Shown piece after piece: positions 18,994 through 27,671 of a stretch of DNA of 64,000 nt. The DNA is from Candidatus Obscuribacteraceae bacterium (GTDB lineage Bacteria; Cyanobacteriota; Vampirovibrionia; Obscuribacterales; Obscuribacteraceae). A model generated the notes under the pieces. It did not search any database, had not been told where the DNA came from, and worked only from the letters and a program-made list of their open reading frames with translations. The position numbers were made by a program, and so were the translations under genes. Numbering within the stretch: position 1 is the stretch's first letter; each line of letters opens with the position of its first letter. The stretch covers positions 928,001 through 992,000 of the forward strand of contig JBGAHS010000001.1 of the NCBI GenBank assembly GCA_044226015.1. Direction: 5' to 3'.

Positions 18994-20370
18994 ATGCCCG
19001 ACGATTCCAAAGCCATTGCCATACCTATATTGAAGGTCGAAGACAAAGATGTAGTTGAGAAAGCACGTCTTGTCGAAAGCGCCGCCGCGAAGCTGTATAA
19101 CGATGTGCGTCCCGGTGTTGTTCGAATTGAAGCTGGTGAGGTGATGGGCAGCGGTTTCGCCCTTGATTCGCGGCGTTTCGTCACAAACTACCATGTGGTA
19201 GCTGAGCAGCCCGAGTCAGTGGTTAAGACCCAAGATGGGTTGAGTTATCGCGCGCGCATAGTGAAAGTCGACGACGTGAAAGACCTTGCCGTCCTTGAGA
19301 TAGTAGGCGACACGCCCAAGGTGCAGCCGCTGAAACTAGGTGACGAGAATAAGTTGGCGGCAGGGCAAGCTATTAATGCTTTCGGTCACCCTGACGGGGT
19401 CGGAGCCACGCTTATGTCGCCAGGTAAGTTCAACTCTTTCACCACAAATGAAAAAAGACTTGCGCCTGAAGTCCGACAAGATTTTGATACATTGCGTCTC
19501 GATGGCGCAGACAAAGCTGATTGGCTCAAAAATAGACTTTTGGCTGCAGAGATTGGTTTGCGCCACGGAAACTCAGGTGGTCCGGTTGTCGATGACAAAG
19601 GTATAGTCGTTGGCGTAACCACTTATAAAAGTGGAGCGAAAGATGGATTCATGGTTCCAGCATCTGAATTGAAAGCTCTGATTGAAAGCACCAAGAACAA
19701 ATATGAATTCAACTATGAATATCAGGTGACACCTGGAGGTTTGGGCGCTCAATATGCAGAACTGATGAAGGCGAAGCCCCTTGCCACGATAGCTACGACT
19801 GCAGGACTTGCTGGTGCTGAAATTTGGACTTTGAGAAGACTCGGTGATCTCGGGCGTGGCTCTGCGTTCGTGACTGCCGGCTATGGCGGGCTCAGTTTGC
19901 TTGATGATGTTCCGAAATTGCTTGATGCGACGAATAATAGAGACCGTCTTAAAGCAGGACTGGCAACGATTGGAGACAGTTCGCTGTTAGCTGGTGGAGC
20001 CTTGCGCTTTTCTTTGGGTGTGGGTGCTCGCGAAATTGTGCGTCCTTCTCTCAGAACGAGTTTGCTCGCTGGAATGGAAGGTAAGCTTGCCACCAGTTTT
20101 GGTGCCGAGGTTTTAGGTGCTACAAAAGGAACGGTCGCGAACGGACTCTTGAGTGCTTCGGAACGTGCGCTTGCTAGCAGCGCCGGAACATCGATGGAAA
20201 GATATCTCTCCAAGACTGGCAGAATTGGAATCGGTTTAATTGTAGTCGGTGCTGCAATTAAGTTTGGTTCCGAGTATATTCCGACGAGCCTTGTGAACAC
20301 GAGCATAATACGAACTGATGGAGAGCCGCAACGCGATCCGTTTTTTCTTGGTTCAAAGAAGGCCTGGTAG
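18994..20370 (+). CDS. Trypsin-like (S1C) serine protease with hydrophobic Gly/Ala-rich C-terminal half
   Basis: GSGF, VTNYHVV (His), DLAVL (Asp), GNSGGP (Ser). Confidence 0.9.
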   Translation: MPDDSKAIAIPILKVEDKDVVEKARLVESAAAKLYNDVRPGVVRIEAGEVMGSGFALDSRRFVTNYHVVAEQPESVVKTQDGLSYRARIVKVDDVKDLAVLEIVGDTPKVQPLKLGDENKLAAGQAINAFGHPDGVGATLMSPGKFNSFTTNEKRLAPEVRQDFDTLRLDGADKADWLKNRLLAAEIGLRHGNSGGPVVDDKGIVVGVTTYKSGAKDGFMVPASELKALIESTKNKYEFNYEYQVTPGGLGAQYAELMKAKPLATIATTAGLAGAEIWTLRRLGDLGRGSAFVTAGYGGLSLLDDVPKLLDATNNRDRLKAGLATIGDSSLLAGGALRFSLGVGAREIVRPSLRTSLLAGMEGKLATSFGAEVLGATKGTVANGLLSASERALASSAGTSMERYLSKTGRIGIGLIVVGAAIKFGSEYIPTSLVNTSIIRTDGEPQRDPFFLGSKKAW

Positions 20371-20379
20371 GCGACTGGT

Positions 20380-20820
20380 TTAGCCAAGTTCTTCCGTTAC
20401 GATTTTGCGGACAATGTTGCCGTCGGCAAGTCCTTTTAACTGCGGCATTGCCACTCTCATGACGCTACCCTGGTTTTTAGGACCTTCTATTTCGCTGATG
20501 ATCTTCTTGATCATTTCGCGTATTTCCGCTTCTGATTTTTGCTCTGGCATATACTTCATAAGAATGTCGCGCTCGGCAGCTTCTTTGTCAGCCAACTCTG
20601 TGCGACCAGCTTTTGTATATTCGTTAATAGAATCATTCCGTTGTTTGACTTGCTTCTGAATTACTTCAATTTCTTCCGCTTCGCTGAGTTCATCGGCGCC
20701 AGATTCGGTTCTGCGGTATGTAAATGCGGATAGAGCAGCTCTTAGCGTGTCGACCTTCACCTGGTCTCTAGCCTTCATCGCTTCTTTCATATCTGCGGAA
20801 ATTTTTTCTTTCAAACTCAT
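20380..20820 (-). CDS. GatB/YqeY domain protein
   Basis: MSLKEKISADMKEAMKARD..KQRNDSINEY..GRTELADKE..YMP..GLADG. Confidence 0.93.
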   Translation of the reverse strand: MSLKEKISADMKEAMKARDQVKVDTLRAALSAFTYRRTESGADELSEAEEIEVIQKQVKQRNDSINEYTKAGRTELADKEAAERDILMKYMPEQKSEAEIREMIKKIISEIEGPKNQGSVMRVAMPQLKGLADGNIVRKIVTEELG

Positions 20821-20889
20821 GTCTGTCCTCTTTTCTTTGTTACTGATTTCGTTGCTTGATTATGCTTTGTTAGTTTATCGTCTGATGGG

Positions 20890-22401
20890 TTACTTTTGAA
20901 TACTGTTGTTTTGTAAGTCTGGCTTTTGCAGCGCTTTAACGAGCAATTCTGTCTGCTGTTGGCTTGTCGGCGCCACGCAAAAAAGAATTTTTCTGTCTCC
21001 TTTTTGAACAACTGTGAGACCCTTGCTACTTATTACGTTGTCGATTTCTGTTGCGGAGAAACCCCAACTCCGCAGCGAGCTGACTTTGTCTTGCGGAACT
21101 AAGAATGCCATCAGTCTTGATGCTGAGTTACGATATGCTTCTAATGATTGTGGGTTATCCAGGGGGCACGAAAGCGAAAAACTGTGAAGTCGTGGAATTG
21201 CAGTTTGAATGCTCTTCCTGAGTTCTGCACTGCTGTCCAACTTGTCGCAATAAACGTCGAATGCTGTTATAAGCTGCCGACTATTCACCGTATTTTTCAA
21301 TTTCTTGCTGAAAATCTCAGTTGCAAGCCTCGCGAATTCAGCATCAATGACTTTGTCACTGTTCATGTATTTCGTAATTGGCGGGTAAAGAGCGTGGGCA
21401 TACTTGTCGACAACCTCATCTACGTACCAATTTTTTTGAACCTTTCCGTAAGCTTGTTTGGAAAACCAGCCCTGCCCGAGGGCAGTTGCCATGCCTTCAT
21501 TCAACTCTGAAAAGGCTTCAAAACCGTTGGGGTGCTTTTGAAATTCCTTGTTAGTGGAGTCTTGTGCTCGGCTGGTATGCCAGAGGGCGTGGCAGCATTC
21601 ATGAAAAACCACGTCGAGATTAATCTTCAACTTTTCTCCTGGTAGCACTTCGACAATTTGTATTCTTCCGAGGTTCTCGCCACTAGTGTTCTTGTGCTCC
21701 AGTTTAAATTCGGGCAACGGAATCAAAACTACGTTGCATGAAATACCTGATGGCCAGTTTGCATTCATAAAGTGCTGAACCTTTTGAAGACGTTCAGTTA
21801 GCTGAGTACTAACCACAGATTCTTGTGCTGTGGCGAGCTGCTTTTGTAGCTCTGGCAGTCTTGGTAGCCAGAGCATTTCATGATAAATCGGAGAAAAGTG
21901 TTCAATAACGGCTTTGAGTTTCTCAAATTGTTTTTCTTCTAGTTCTTTTTTTACCTTGCTTACGAAATCAGGAATGTTCTTTGACTGTGAAGCAAGGCAA
22001 AGAATGTATTGGTCCAGGTCCTGTTCTCTGCCAGTCTCATCTCTATAAACCTTGTTTGCCGTTGACTGCATTAGGTTCTGGTAATCACTGATAAATTTCT
22101 TGTCTGCGGCTGCCTTTTCGCCGCGGGCTTTTTTGTACCATGTTTTCACCCAAGATGTTGTGTGGTGGCGCTCGCTGATGCAATCCATGAATCTCATAAG
22201 TGAGCACGGTTCGCTGATCAGCAAATTAAGCTGGACAAGAGATGAACTAGTCTTCGTGGTGGTCGCTTGTTGTGAGGTTTGTTCTGCACAGCAGCTGGGT
22301 GCTGAATAAGTGGAAGACGCAGCAAGTAGCAGAAGTCCGGCCGCCATACTGAATATTGCAGTGTATCTTTTCTGTTTTGAATCGTGTTCTTTATTGATCA
22401 A
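20890..22401 (-). CDS. Secreted hypothetical protein, putative zinc metallopeptidase
   Basis: Signal peptide; VFHECCH followed by NEGMAT. Confidence 0.65.
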   Translation of the reverse strand: MINKEHDSKQKRYTAIFSMAAGLLLLAASSTYSAPSCCAEQTSQQATTTKTSSSLVQLNLLISEPCSLMRFMDCISERHHTTSWVKTWYKKARGEKAAADKKFISDYQNLMQSTANKVYRDETGREQDLDQYILCLASQSKNIPDFVSKVKKELEEKQFEKLKAVIEHFSPIYHEMLWLPRLPELQKQLATAQESVVSTQLTERLQKVQHFMNANWPSGISCNVVLIPLPEFKLEHKNTSGENLGRIQIVEVLPGEKLKINLDVVFHECCHALWHTSRAQDSTNKEFQKHPNGFEAFSELNEGMATALGQGWFSKQAYGKVQKNWYVDEVVDKYAHALYPPITKYMNSDKVIDAEFARLATEIFSKKLKNTVNSRQLITAFDVYCDKLDSSAELRKSIQTAIPRLHSFSLSCPLDNPQSLEAYRNSASRLMAFLVPQDKVSSLRSWGFSATEIDNVISSKGLTVVQKGDRKILFCVAPTSQQQTELLVKALQKPDLQNNSIQK

Positions 22402-22556
22402 ACTACAACGCCCACGTTAACTCTGATTGGAAATTTTGCGTACTGCATCAAAGGCTCTGTTGCGAATACTTCAATTACTGTCTGTTTCAAGTTCTGGCGG
22501 ATACTTCAAAAACTATGGCTTCCAAGCTCTTTGATGTTCCCGATATTGAAAACAGT

Positions 22557-24032
22557 TCAACTACTTTCTGCGTTTGCAAACGTACTCTTAAGCGCGCGTT
22601 TCCATCCTGTGTACTCTTTGCTGCGATTCGTTTTTGGCGTAAATTCCTTATCTACAATCCAGTTCTTTTCTATATCGTCTAAGTTTGAAATTAGACCGGC
22701 TCCGAGCCCCGCCATTGCCGCGGCTCCCCAGGCAGTCGCTTCGGATTGTCCGCTGCGAATAATTTTAATTTCGAGCACATCAGATTGGAATTGCAGCATC
22801 AAATTGTTTTTTGTCGCGCCACCATCAACACGCAGTTCGCTAAATGGTAGTTTGTATTTTTCCATTTGTTCAGCTACGTCTTTGACCTGATACGCCATGG
22901 CTTCTAGTGCGGCTCTAACGAAGTGAGCTCGGTTTGTACCGCGCGTTATTCCTACAATTGTTCCTCTCACATCTGAATTCCACCAGGGTGAGCCCATTCC
23001 CACAAGAGCTGGTACGAAGTAAACTCCATCATTAGCGTCTAGCTCACCTGCTAGCTTCTCTGCCTGATCACTGCTCTCAATTATGCCGAGCCCATCACGA
23101 AGCCACTGTATTGCTGCACCGGCTATGAAGATGGCACCTTCAAGTGCGTAAACAGGAGATTGATTTTGCAGTTGCCACGCCACGGTGCTTAGCAAACCGG
23201 GCACCAGATTCGGTGTTTCCCCAATATTTACGAGCAGGAAGCCACCGGTTCCGTAGGTGCATTTTGCCATGCCTTTTTTATAGCATGACTGTCCGAAAAG
23301 TGCCGCTTGCTGATCTCCCAGCACTCCGTGAATGGGTGCCTCTATTCCCAAAATCTCCTTGTTTGTGATACCAAAATTCGCATTGGCGGCTTTTATTTCA
23401 GGCATCATTTGTTTGGGAACATTGATTTTGCTCAGCAAATCATCGCACCATGCTGCCTTCGTTAAATCATATAGCATGGTTCTGGAAGCGTTGCTCGCTT
23501 CAGTAGCGTGGACTTTGTCTCTGGTCAAATTCCAGATAAGCCAGCAATCAATATTGCCGAAGAGCAGCTCACCTTTTTCAGCTCTTTCACGGGCGCCTAT
23601 CACATTGTCTAGAATCCACGCAATTTTTGGTCCTGAAAAATACGCGTCAGGAACCAGCCCCGTCTTCTCTCTGAACTCGTCTGATTCACGCAGTTTTGCT
23701 GCGATGTCTTGGGTTCTGCGGCACTGCCATACAATGGCGTTGTAGATGGGTTCGCCGGTGTTTTTGTCCCAGACTACCGTTGTTTCTCTTTGATTTGTGA
23801 TGCCTACGCATGCTATTTCTTCAGGTGCAATTTTTGCTTTTGCGATCGCTTCTTTTGCGCAGGCAATTTGAGTGCTAAGAATTTCTTTTGGGTCATGTTC
23901 AACCCAACCAGGCTGTGGGTAATATTGTTTGAATTCTTGCTGCCCCACCGATATTGTTTTGCCTGCGGTATCGAATATGATGGCACGCGAACTTGTTGTG
24001 CCCTGGTCAAGACTTAGTATGTAGCGTTTCAT
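22557..24032 (-). CDS. glpK: Glycerol kinase
   Basis: DQGTTSSR, GITNQRETT, AIVWQCRRT, GDQQAALFGQ, KCTYGTG, LRVDGG. Confidence 0.97.
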   Translation of the reverse strand: MKRYILSLDQGTTSSRAIIFDTAGKTISVGQQEFKQYYPQPGWVEHDPKEILSTQIACAKEAIAKAKIAPEEIACVGITNQRETTVVWDKNTGEPIYNAIVWQCRRTQDIAAKLRESDEFREKTGLVPDAYFSGPKIAWILDNVIGARERAEKGELLFGNIDCWLIWNLTRDKVHATEASNASRTMLYDLTKAAWCDDLLSKINVPKQMMPEIKAANANFGITNKEILGIEAPIHGVLGDQQAALFGQSCYKKGMAKCTYGTGGFLLVNIGETPNLVPGLLSTVAWQLQNQSPVYALEGAIFIAGAAIQWLRDGLGIIESSDQAEKLAGELDANDGVYFVPALVGMGSPWWNSDVRGTIVGITRGTNRAHFVRAALEAMAYQVKDVAEQMEKYKLPFSELRVDGGATKNNLMLQFQSDVLEIKIIRSGQSEATAWGAAAMAGLGAGLISNLDDIEKNWIVDKEFTPKTNRSKEYTGWKRALKSTFANAESS

Positions 24033-24143
24033 TCGCGCGATCCTTTTCTGAGTTTCGAAGCAGACAACGAATTCTGCGGGTGCTAAATCGACACAGAACG
24101 CTCTGGCGTTGCTGAGCGATAAAGCACATTTTGCTCAGCAAAT

Positions 24144-24301
24144 ACTAGCAAAAAAGGGGCTCTTGGTTTCTCTCTGCTGGCTTCAGAGGGGTGAATTTAA
24201 GCAAGGAAAGTAACTGCCCTCACTCCATGGCAAGGTGCTAAAATTTCTCCTCTGCCGATAAGAGAAGGGTCTTCAAAAGCAGAGTCAAGGATTTTGCTAG
24301 T
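24144..24301 (+). ncRNA. Candidate structured RNA (long imperfect rod-like hairpin)
   Basis: Seven nested complementary segments closed by ACTAGCAAAA/TTTTGCTAGT. Confidence 0.4.
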
Positions 24302-24358
24302 CTGGCCTCACGTTCAATGTTCTGCGCCCTGTAAGCGCTAAAAGAGAGAAAGACGGAA

Positions 24359-24814
24359 TTGAGCGATACTGAAAAGCGTCGAGAATTTTTACTGAATCTG
24401 AGTGGTCTTAGTCTGTTCAAGTCTGGCGAGTTGCTCTATCGACTGCAACTTGGATACATGCCGGGAATGCCTCAGAGCGGAGTCGTTTACAAGCCTGACG
24501 CTAGCCGATGGGAGAGGTTTTGGGAAGAGATTGATGAGCTTGGTGTTTTCAACTGGAACGAGCCGCAGGCTTGGGCTATAGCTGATCCAGAGCGAGAGGG
24601 CGCTGCGGCTTGTGGTGTTTCGCACTTGCGATTTGCAATAATTGATGATGAGAACATTGCTATTTGCAAGGGGGCAAGTAACCGGTATCCGCCTAATTGG
24701 ATTGAGTTTTGGGCTTGTGTAGAAAGGCTTTTTAGCCCTGAGTTTGAGCGAATAAATCAGGAAGAATTAGATAGGGTAAAGTCCGAGATGCTTGCTGCGT
24801 GGGAAGCTCTTTAA
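24359..24814 (+). CDS. Hypothetical protein
   Basis: 151-aa ORF with W..FW..I..L.V..W and N.YP..W..F motifs. Confidence 0.65.
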   Translation: MSDTEKRREFLLNLSGLSLFKSGELLYRLQLGYMPGMPQSGVVYKPDASRWERFWEEIDELGVFNWNEPQAWAIADPEREGAAACGVSHLRFAIIDDENIAICKGASNRYPPNWIEFWACVERLFSPEFERINQEELDRVKSEMLAAWEAL

Positions 24815-24828
24815 TTGCGGCTGATCGA

Positions 24829-24959
24829 CCATTCTAAAGGCTGGCGCGCCGCAAGTCAGGATTTTTTGAAAGGGGCAATGTCGTTTAGAATGTGGTGGCT
24901 AAAATCATCGGGAACGACGCAGTTCTGTCCATTCGAAAGGCAGGAGCGCCGCAAGTCAG
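24829..24959. repeat. 31-bp direct repeat pair exactly 100 bp apart
   Basis: ccattctaaaggctggcgcgccgcaagtcag (24829) vs ccattcgaaaggcaggagcgccgcaagtcag (24929), 28/31 identical. Confidence 0.85.
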
Positions 24960-24973
24960 CCGGCTTCTTCGTT

Positions 24974-25603
24974 TTAATCAACAAGAAATTTGATTGCATC
25001 TTGTAAGCAAGCTGCGTAGGTTTCGCGGCGTGGGCGCTCGTCTTTGATTTCGGTGTTGGTGTGGCTGTATTTCTCGTAATCGGGCACATGTACAAACAAA
25101 ATTCCATGACAGCGATCGCTTTCTTGCCATTCATTTAGCGCACGGAAGTAGGTTTCATTGCAAACGTATGAACCTGCATGATTCGAAATGTCGCATGCAT
25201 AGTTCATTCTATTCAAGTGGTCTAGAAGTTTTCGCAAGGGCAATTTGCTGCGAATGGCATCAGGTGCGCCTTCTACGATGTGGTCATGGTCCCACGAGTG
25301 TTGATTGTTGTCGGGAATGCGGTATTGGCGAACATTTAGCGCGAATCGCTCCAGGCAAATTTTGTCCCGTCCGCCTGCCACGCCAGACATCAGAAGTAGA
25401 AACCGCTCAGAGCTGTTCTCCACCTCTTTCTTTACTTCTTCCCAAGCAGAATCGCAGCAGGTTTCTAATGTCAACTTGACAATTTGGTGGGCTTGAGCCT
25501 TGTTTTCATTCTTAACAAAATCAGGAAGCTCATTAACCGCTTCCTGGCTGGGATTCATCTGCGAGTCGCCGAACGCATTAAACCCTGTGACAATTACTTT
25601 CAT
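24974..25603 (-). CDS. pcp: Pyroglutamyl-peptidase I
   Basis: VTGFNAFG..NPS, LERFALN, PDN, SNHAGSYVCN (Cys), FVHVP (His); ATG 25603 avoids overlap with the tRNA. Confidence 0.92.
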   Translation of the reverse strand: MKVIVTGFNAFGDSQMNPSQEAVNELPDFVKNENKAQAHQIVKLTLETCCDSAWEEVKKEVENSSERFLLLMSGVAGGRDKICLERFALNVRQYRIPDNNQHSWDHDHIVEGAPDAIRSKLPLRKLLDHLNRMNYACDISNHAGSYVCNETYFRALNEWQESDRCHGILFVHVPDYEKYSHTNTEIKDERPRRETYAACLQDAIKFLVD

Positions 25604-25665
25604 GTTTAGAAACCTGACTTTTATTCCCTGATCTCTCAATAGTGTAGAATGTATTCCAGTTATTT

Positions 25666-25753
25666 GCCGAAGTGGCGAAATGGCAGACGCAGCTGACTCA
25701 AAATCAGCCGGAGCAAACACTCCGTGTCGGTTCGACTCCGACCTTCGGCACCA
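25666..25753 (+). tRNA. tRNA-Leu(CAA)
   Basis: GCCGAAG/CTTCGGC acceptor stem, GCTGA-CTCAAAA-TCAGC anticodon arm, long variable arm, GTTCGACTC T-loop, encoded CCA. Confidence 0.97.
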
Positions 25754-25762
25754 AGTTTCGAG

Positions 25763-25800
25763 AGAATGCCTACCTATGTTTTAGGTGGGCATTTTTGTTT
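25763..25800 (+). terminator. tRNA terminator
   Basis: aatgcctaccta-tgttt-taggtgggcatt stem followed by tttgttt. Confidence 0.75.
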
Positions 25801-25806
25801 GTGGGA

Positions 25807-26235
25807 CTATTTCGGGACTTCAGAAGCCTTGTTAGTAGCAAATTCACTTTCGCATGGAAACGAAGGTTTGTAGTTCAGTTGTTTTGCTTTGATTTCATCG
25901 GCTCTTGCTCTGTCAGACTGTTTCAGGCGGCGAAACAGCTCTGCGCGATAAGCATATGTACCAGCGAATGAGGGATTCCATGCAATTGCTCAATCCAGAT
26001 CAACTAATGCTTTCTTGTAATCACCAAGCATCATGTACGCCAGCCCACGATACGCATGGGCAAATGCATCACCATGATATTCGTCAAGGTAATTGTTAAA
26101 GGAGAGCATCGCATCTCGATAGTTTCCATTTGCAAGCAGACCTATTGAACAAAGAAACCCAGTGCAGCAAGTATTAATAACTCCTCCTGCCCTTTGCCAG
26201 AGATCAAGAAAGTTTGTAGCGAGTGCCCTGGTCAT
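25807..26235 (-). pseudogene. TPR protein interrupted by an in-frame TGA (25990-25992)
   Basis: ..RGLAYMMLGDYKKALVDLD*AIAWNPSFAGTYAYRAELFRRLKQSDRARAD.. TPR pattern continues in frame past the stop. Confidence 0.72.
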
Positions 26236-26306
26236 TTATTTGTCAAAACAGAACAGTCGAAACTGACTATAATCGCCAGACAGCTAAGACACATAGGCAT
26301 TACGGA

Positions 26307-26333
26307 AATTGTGCAGCAGGCTGCTGCACAATT
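26307..26333. other. Perfect 13-bp inverted repeat
   Basis: aattgtgcagcag-g-ctgctgcacaatt. Confidence 0.7.
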
Positions 26334-26357
26334 ATTATGGGGTGTCCTCTGCTAAGA

Positions 26358-26387
26358 TTGACAAGGACCGCTAAAAGGCGGCATAAT
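26358..26387 (+). promoter_or_regulatory. Sigma70-type promoter for the candidate small RNA
   Basis: TTGACA-N18-CATAAT, 7 nt before the hairpin 5' end. Confidence 0.62.
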
Positions 26388-26394
26388 AACATTT

Positions 26395-26452
26395 GAGGGT
26401 TCGGCCTCGAAGTTGCTACGGTGGCTTCAACGGCGTTACCCTCTTCTTTTTT
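26395..26452 (+). ncRNA. DUF3800-associated small structured RNA (candidate)
   Basis: GAGGGU/ACCCUC, GCC/GGC, GAAGUUGC-UACG-GUGGCUUC, then UUCUUUUUU; 14 nt from the DUF3800 stop codon, on the opposite strand. Confidence 0.68.
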
Positions 26453-26466
26453 GATCAGAATTTTTC

Positions 26467-27351
26467 TTATGGCCTGGCCGTGTACGGATCTGGCACATAG
26501 GCTATCGAGAAGGCTGTGATTTTCTCGCCGGAATTGAGTTCCAGCACGGCTCGGTGCTGCAAAGTACCCAAGTAACCTGCGAACTGATCGGCAATCTCCT
26601 GACGAACAGGAGCATCCATACCTCTTGCAGGAATGCGGAACGCCCAGTTCACGCAATAAATACAAACGTCAGCAACCTGCACCGGGTAAGTCATGTCGGA
26701 CGATACGAAAAGAGGGGAAGGAATTATCCTCGATGCACGCCATCTACCGGTTTGAGTTTTGTTGAAGTAATTTTCCACGTGCCGCACGAACTTGCGATCC
26801 AGAGATTTGTCAGTTTGGTCCATTACCAACAACCCTGTATCGTCCATTTGATCCAACAGTTGAAAATACCGCTCAAATAGAAAAACGATGTCCTTCCTGA
26901 GGAAATCTTGTGCAGTAAAGTTCGCTGGCTTTTGAATACCGCGAGGTATTGCTACTGCAAACACTCTTGCATCATGACCGATCAGCAGTCGAAAAATACC
27001 ATGCACCATTTCTATACTAGATTGCCCGTATGCCGTGAATGAATCCCTGTGGGGAGTCTGACCTTGCGCATTGTCGTTGAGAAATCTGAGAGCGGCCTTG
27101 CGCCTTGCGACGGGCTCCATTAGCGGACTCTGAGCGGCCCATTTGAACCGTTTCTTATTCAGTAGTTTTTCACCTTTGATTTCGCTGCCATATGTATGCA
27201 GCGCGTCACCGAAGCAGGATTGTTCTAAGTCCCGTATTGCTTGAATAAATGCCCATAGTTTTTCAGCATGAATGGCTATCCCGCCATGAATTTCATAAGG
27301 CAAGTTTCTGTGATCGTGTCCGCTTTCGTCGAGAAAAAGCAAAAATGACAT
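26467..27351 (-). CDS. DUF3800 domain protein (predicted RNase H-like fold)
   Basis: N-terminal LFLDESG, EIKG, LLVMD and C-terminal SSD..PVQVADVC (QxAD) motifs. Confidence 0.9.
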   Translation of the reverse strand: MSFLLFLDESGHDHRNLPYEIHGGIAIHAEKLWAFIQAIRDLEQSCFGDALHTYGSEIKGEKLLNKKRFKWAAQSPLMEPVARRKAALRFLNDNAQGQTPHRDSFTAYGQSSIEMVHGIFRLLIGHDARVFAVAIPRGIQKPANFTAQDFLRKDIVFLFERYFQLLDQMDDTGLLVMDQTDKSLDRKFVRHVENYFNKTQTGRWRASRIIPSPLFVSSDMTYPVQVADVCIYCVNWAFRIPARGMDAPVRQEIADQFAGYLGTLQHRAVLELNSGEKITAFSIAYVPDPYTARP

Positions 27352-27419
27352 TTGATCTCTCCAAACCTCGACATATTATTGCACTTGTCTGAATGTGCTT
27401 CAGGTTATAGGACCCCCAA

Positions 27420-27671
27420 ATGGGACAATGGTACGAAGAACAACGTGCTGCTCTAGAGCAGGTCAAATGCGAGCTCATGGACACAGGTCTCTTTGGAGCG
27501 ATTGAGTATTTGGATGGCTGGTGCCCAATTCAGGCAGAAGGACGATTGAAAAATGGATGTTGGTTGTGGTGGAGTCGGTCGAGGGAGCCGGATATCTTGA
27601 AGCATCAAAAGTTAAAGCTCTATTTTTGCGTTGGATACACCAACTTTAGAACGAGGTCGACAAGGAAGTGA
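27420..27671 (+). CDS. Small hypothetical protein or gene fragment
   Basis: 83 aa; AGGA RBS; GWCPIQAEG; stop overlaps next start (GTGA). Confidence 0.4.
   Translation: MGQWYEEQRAALEQVKCELMDTGLFGAIEYLDGWCPIQAEGRLKNGCWLWWSRSREPDILKHQKLKLYFCVGYTNFRTRSTRK

Noticed and set aside
24200..24270. SAM-I or cobalamin riboswitch (GGTGCTAA, GATAAGAG, ACTGCCC fragments)
   Set aside because: Core elements (ATC..GAG..GAGGGA, GCAACC; AGGGAA, B12 box) are missing or out of order
23782..25119. HIP1 (GCGATCGC) enrichment
   Set aside because: Only a couple of copies noticed; no clear over-representation
25604..25720. N-terminal extension of pcp in the ORF track
   Set aside because: Overlaps tRNA-Leu; the family N-terminus starts at MKVIVTGF (25603)
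25801..25820. gggact direct repeats as integrase arm sites
   Set aside because: Only 6 bp; no integrase or att duplication found
26395..26452. Simple terminator of the DUF3800 gene
   Set aside because: U-tract, G-U pairs and UNCG loop are on the opposite strand, and a promoter precedes the element
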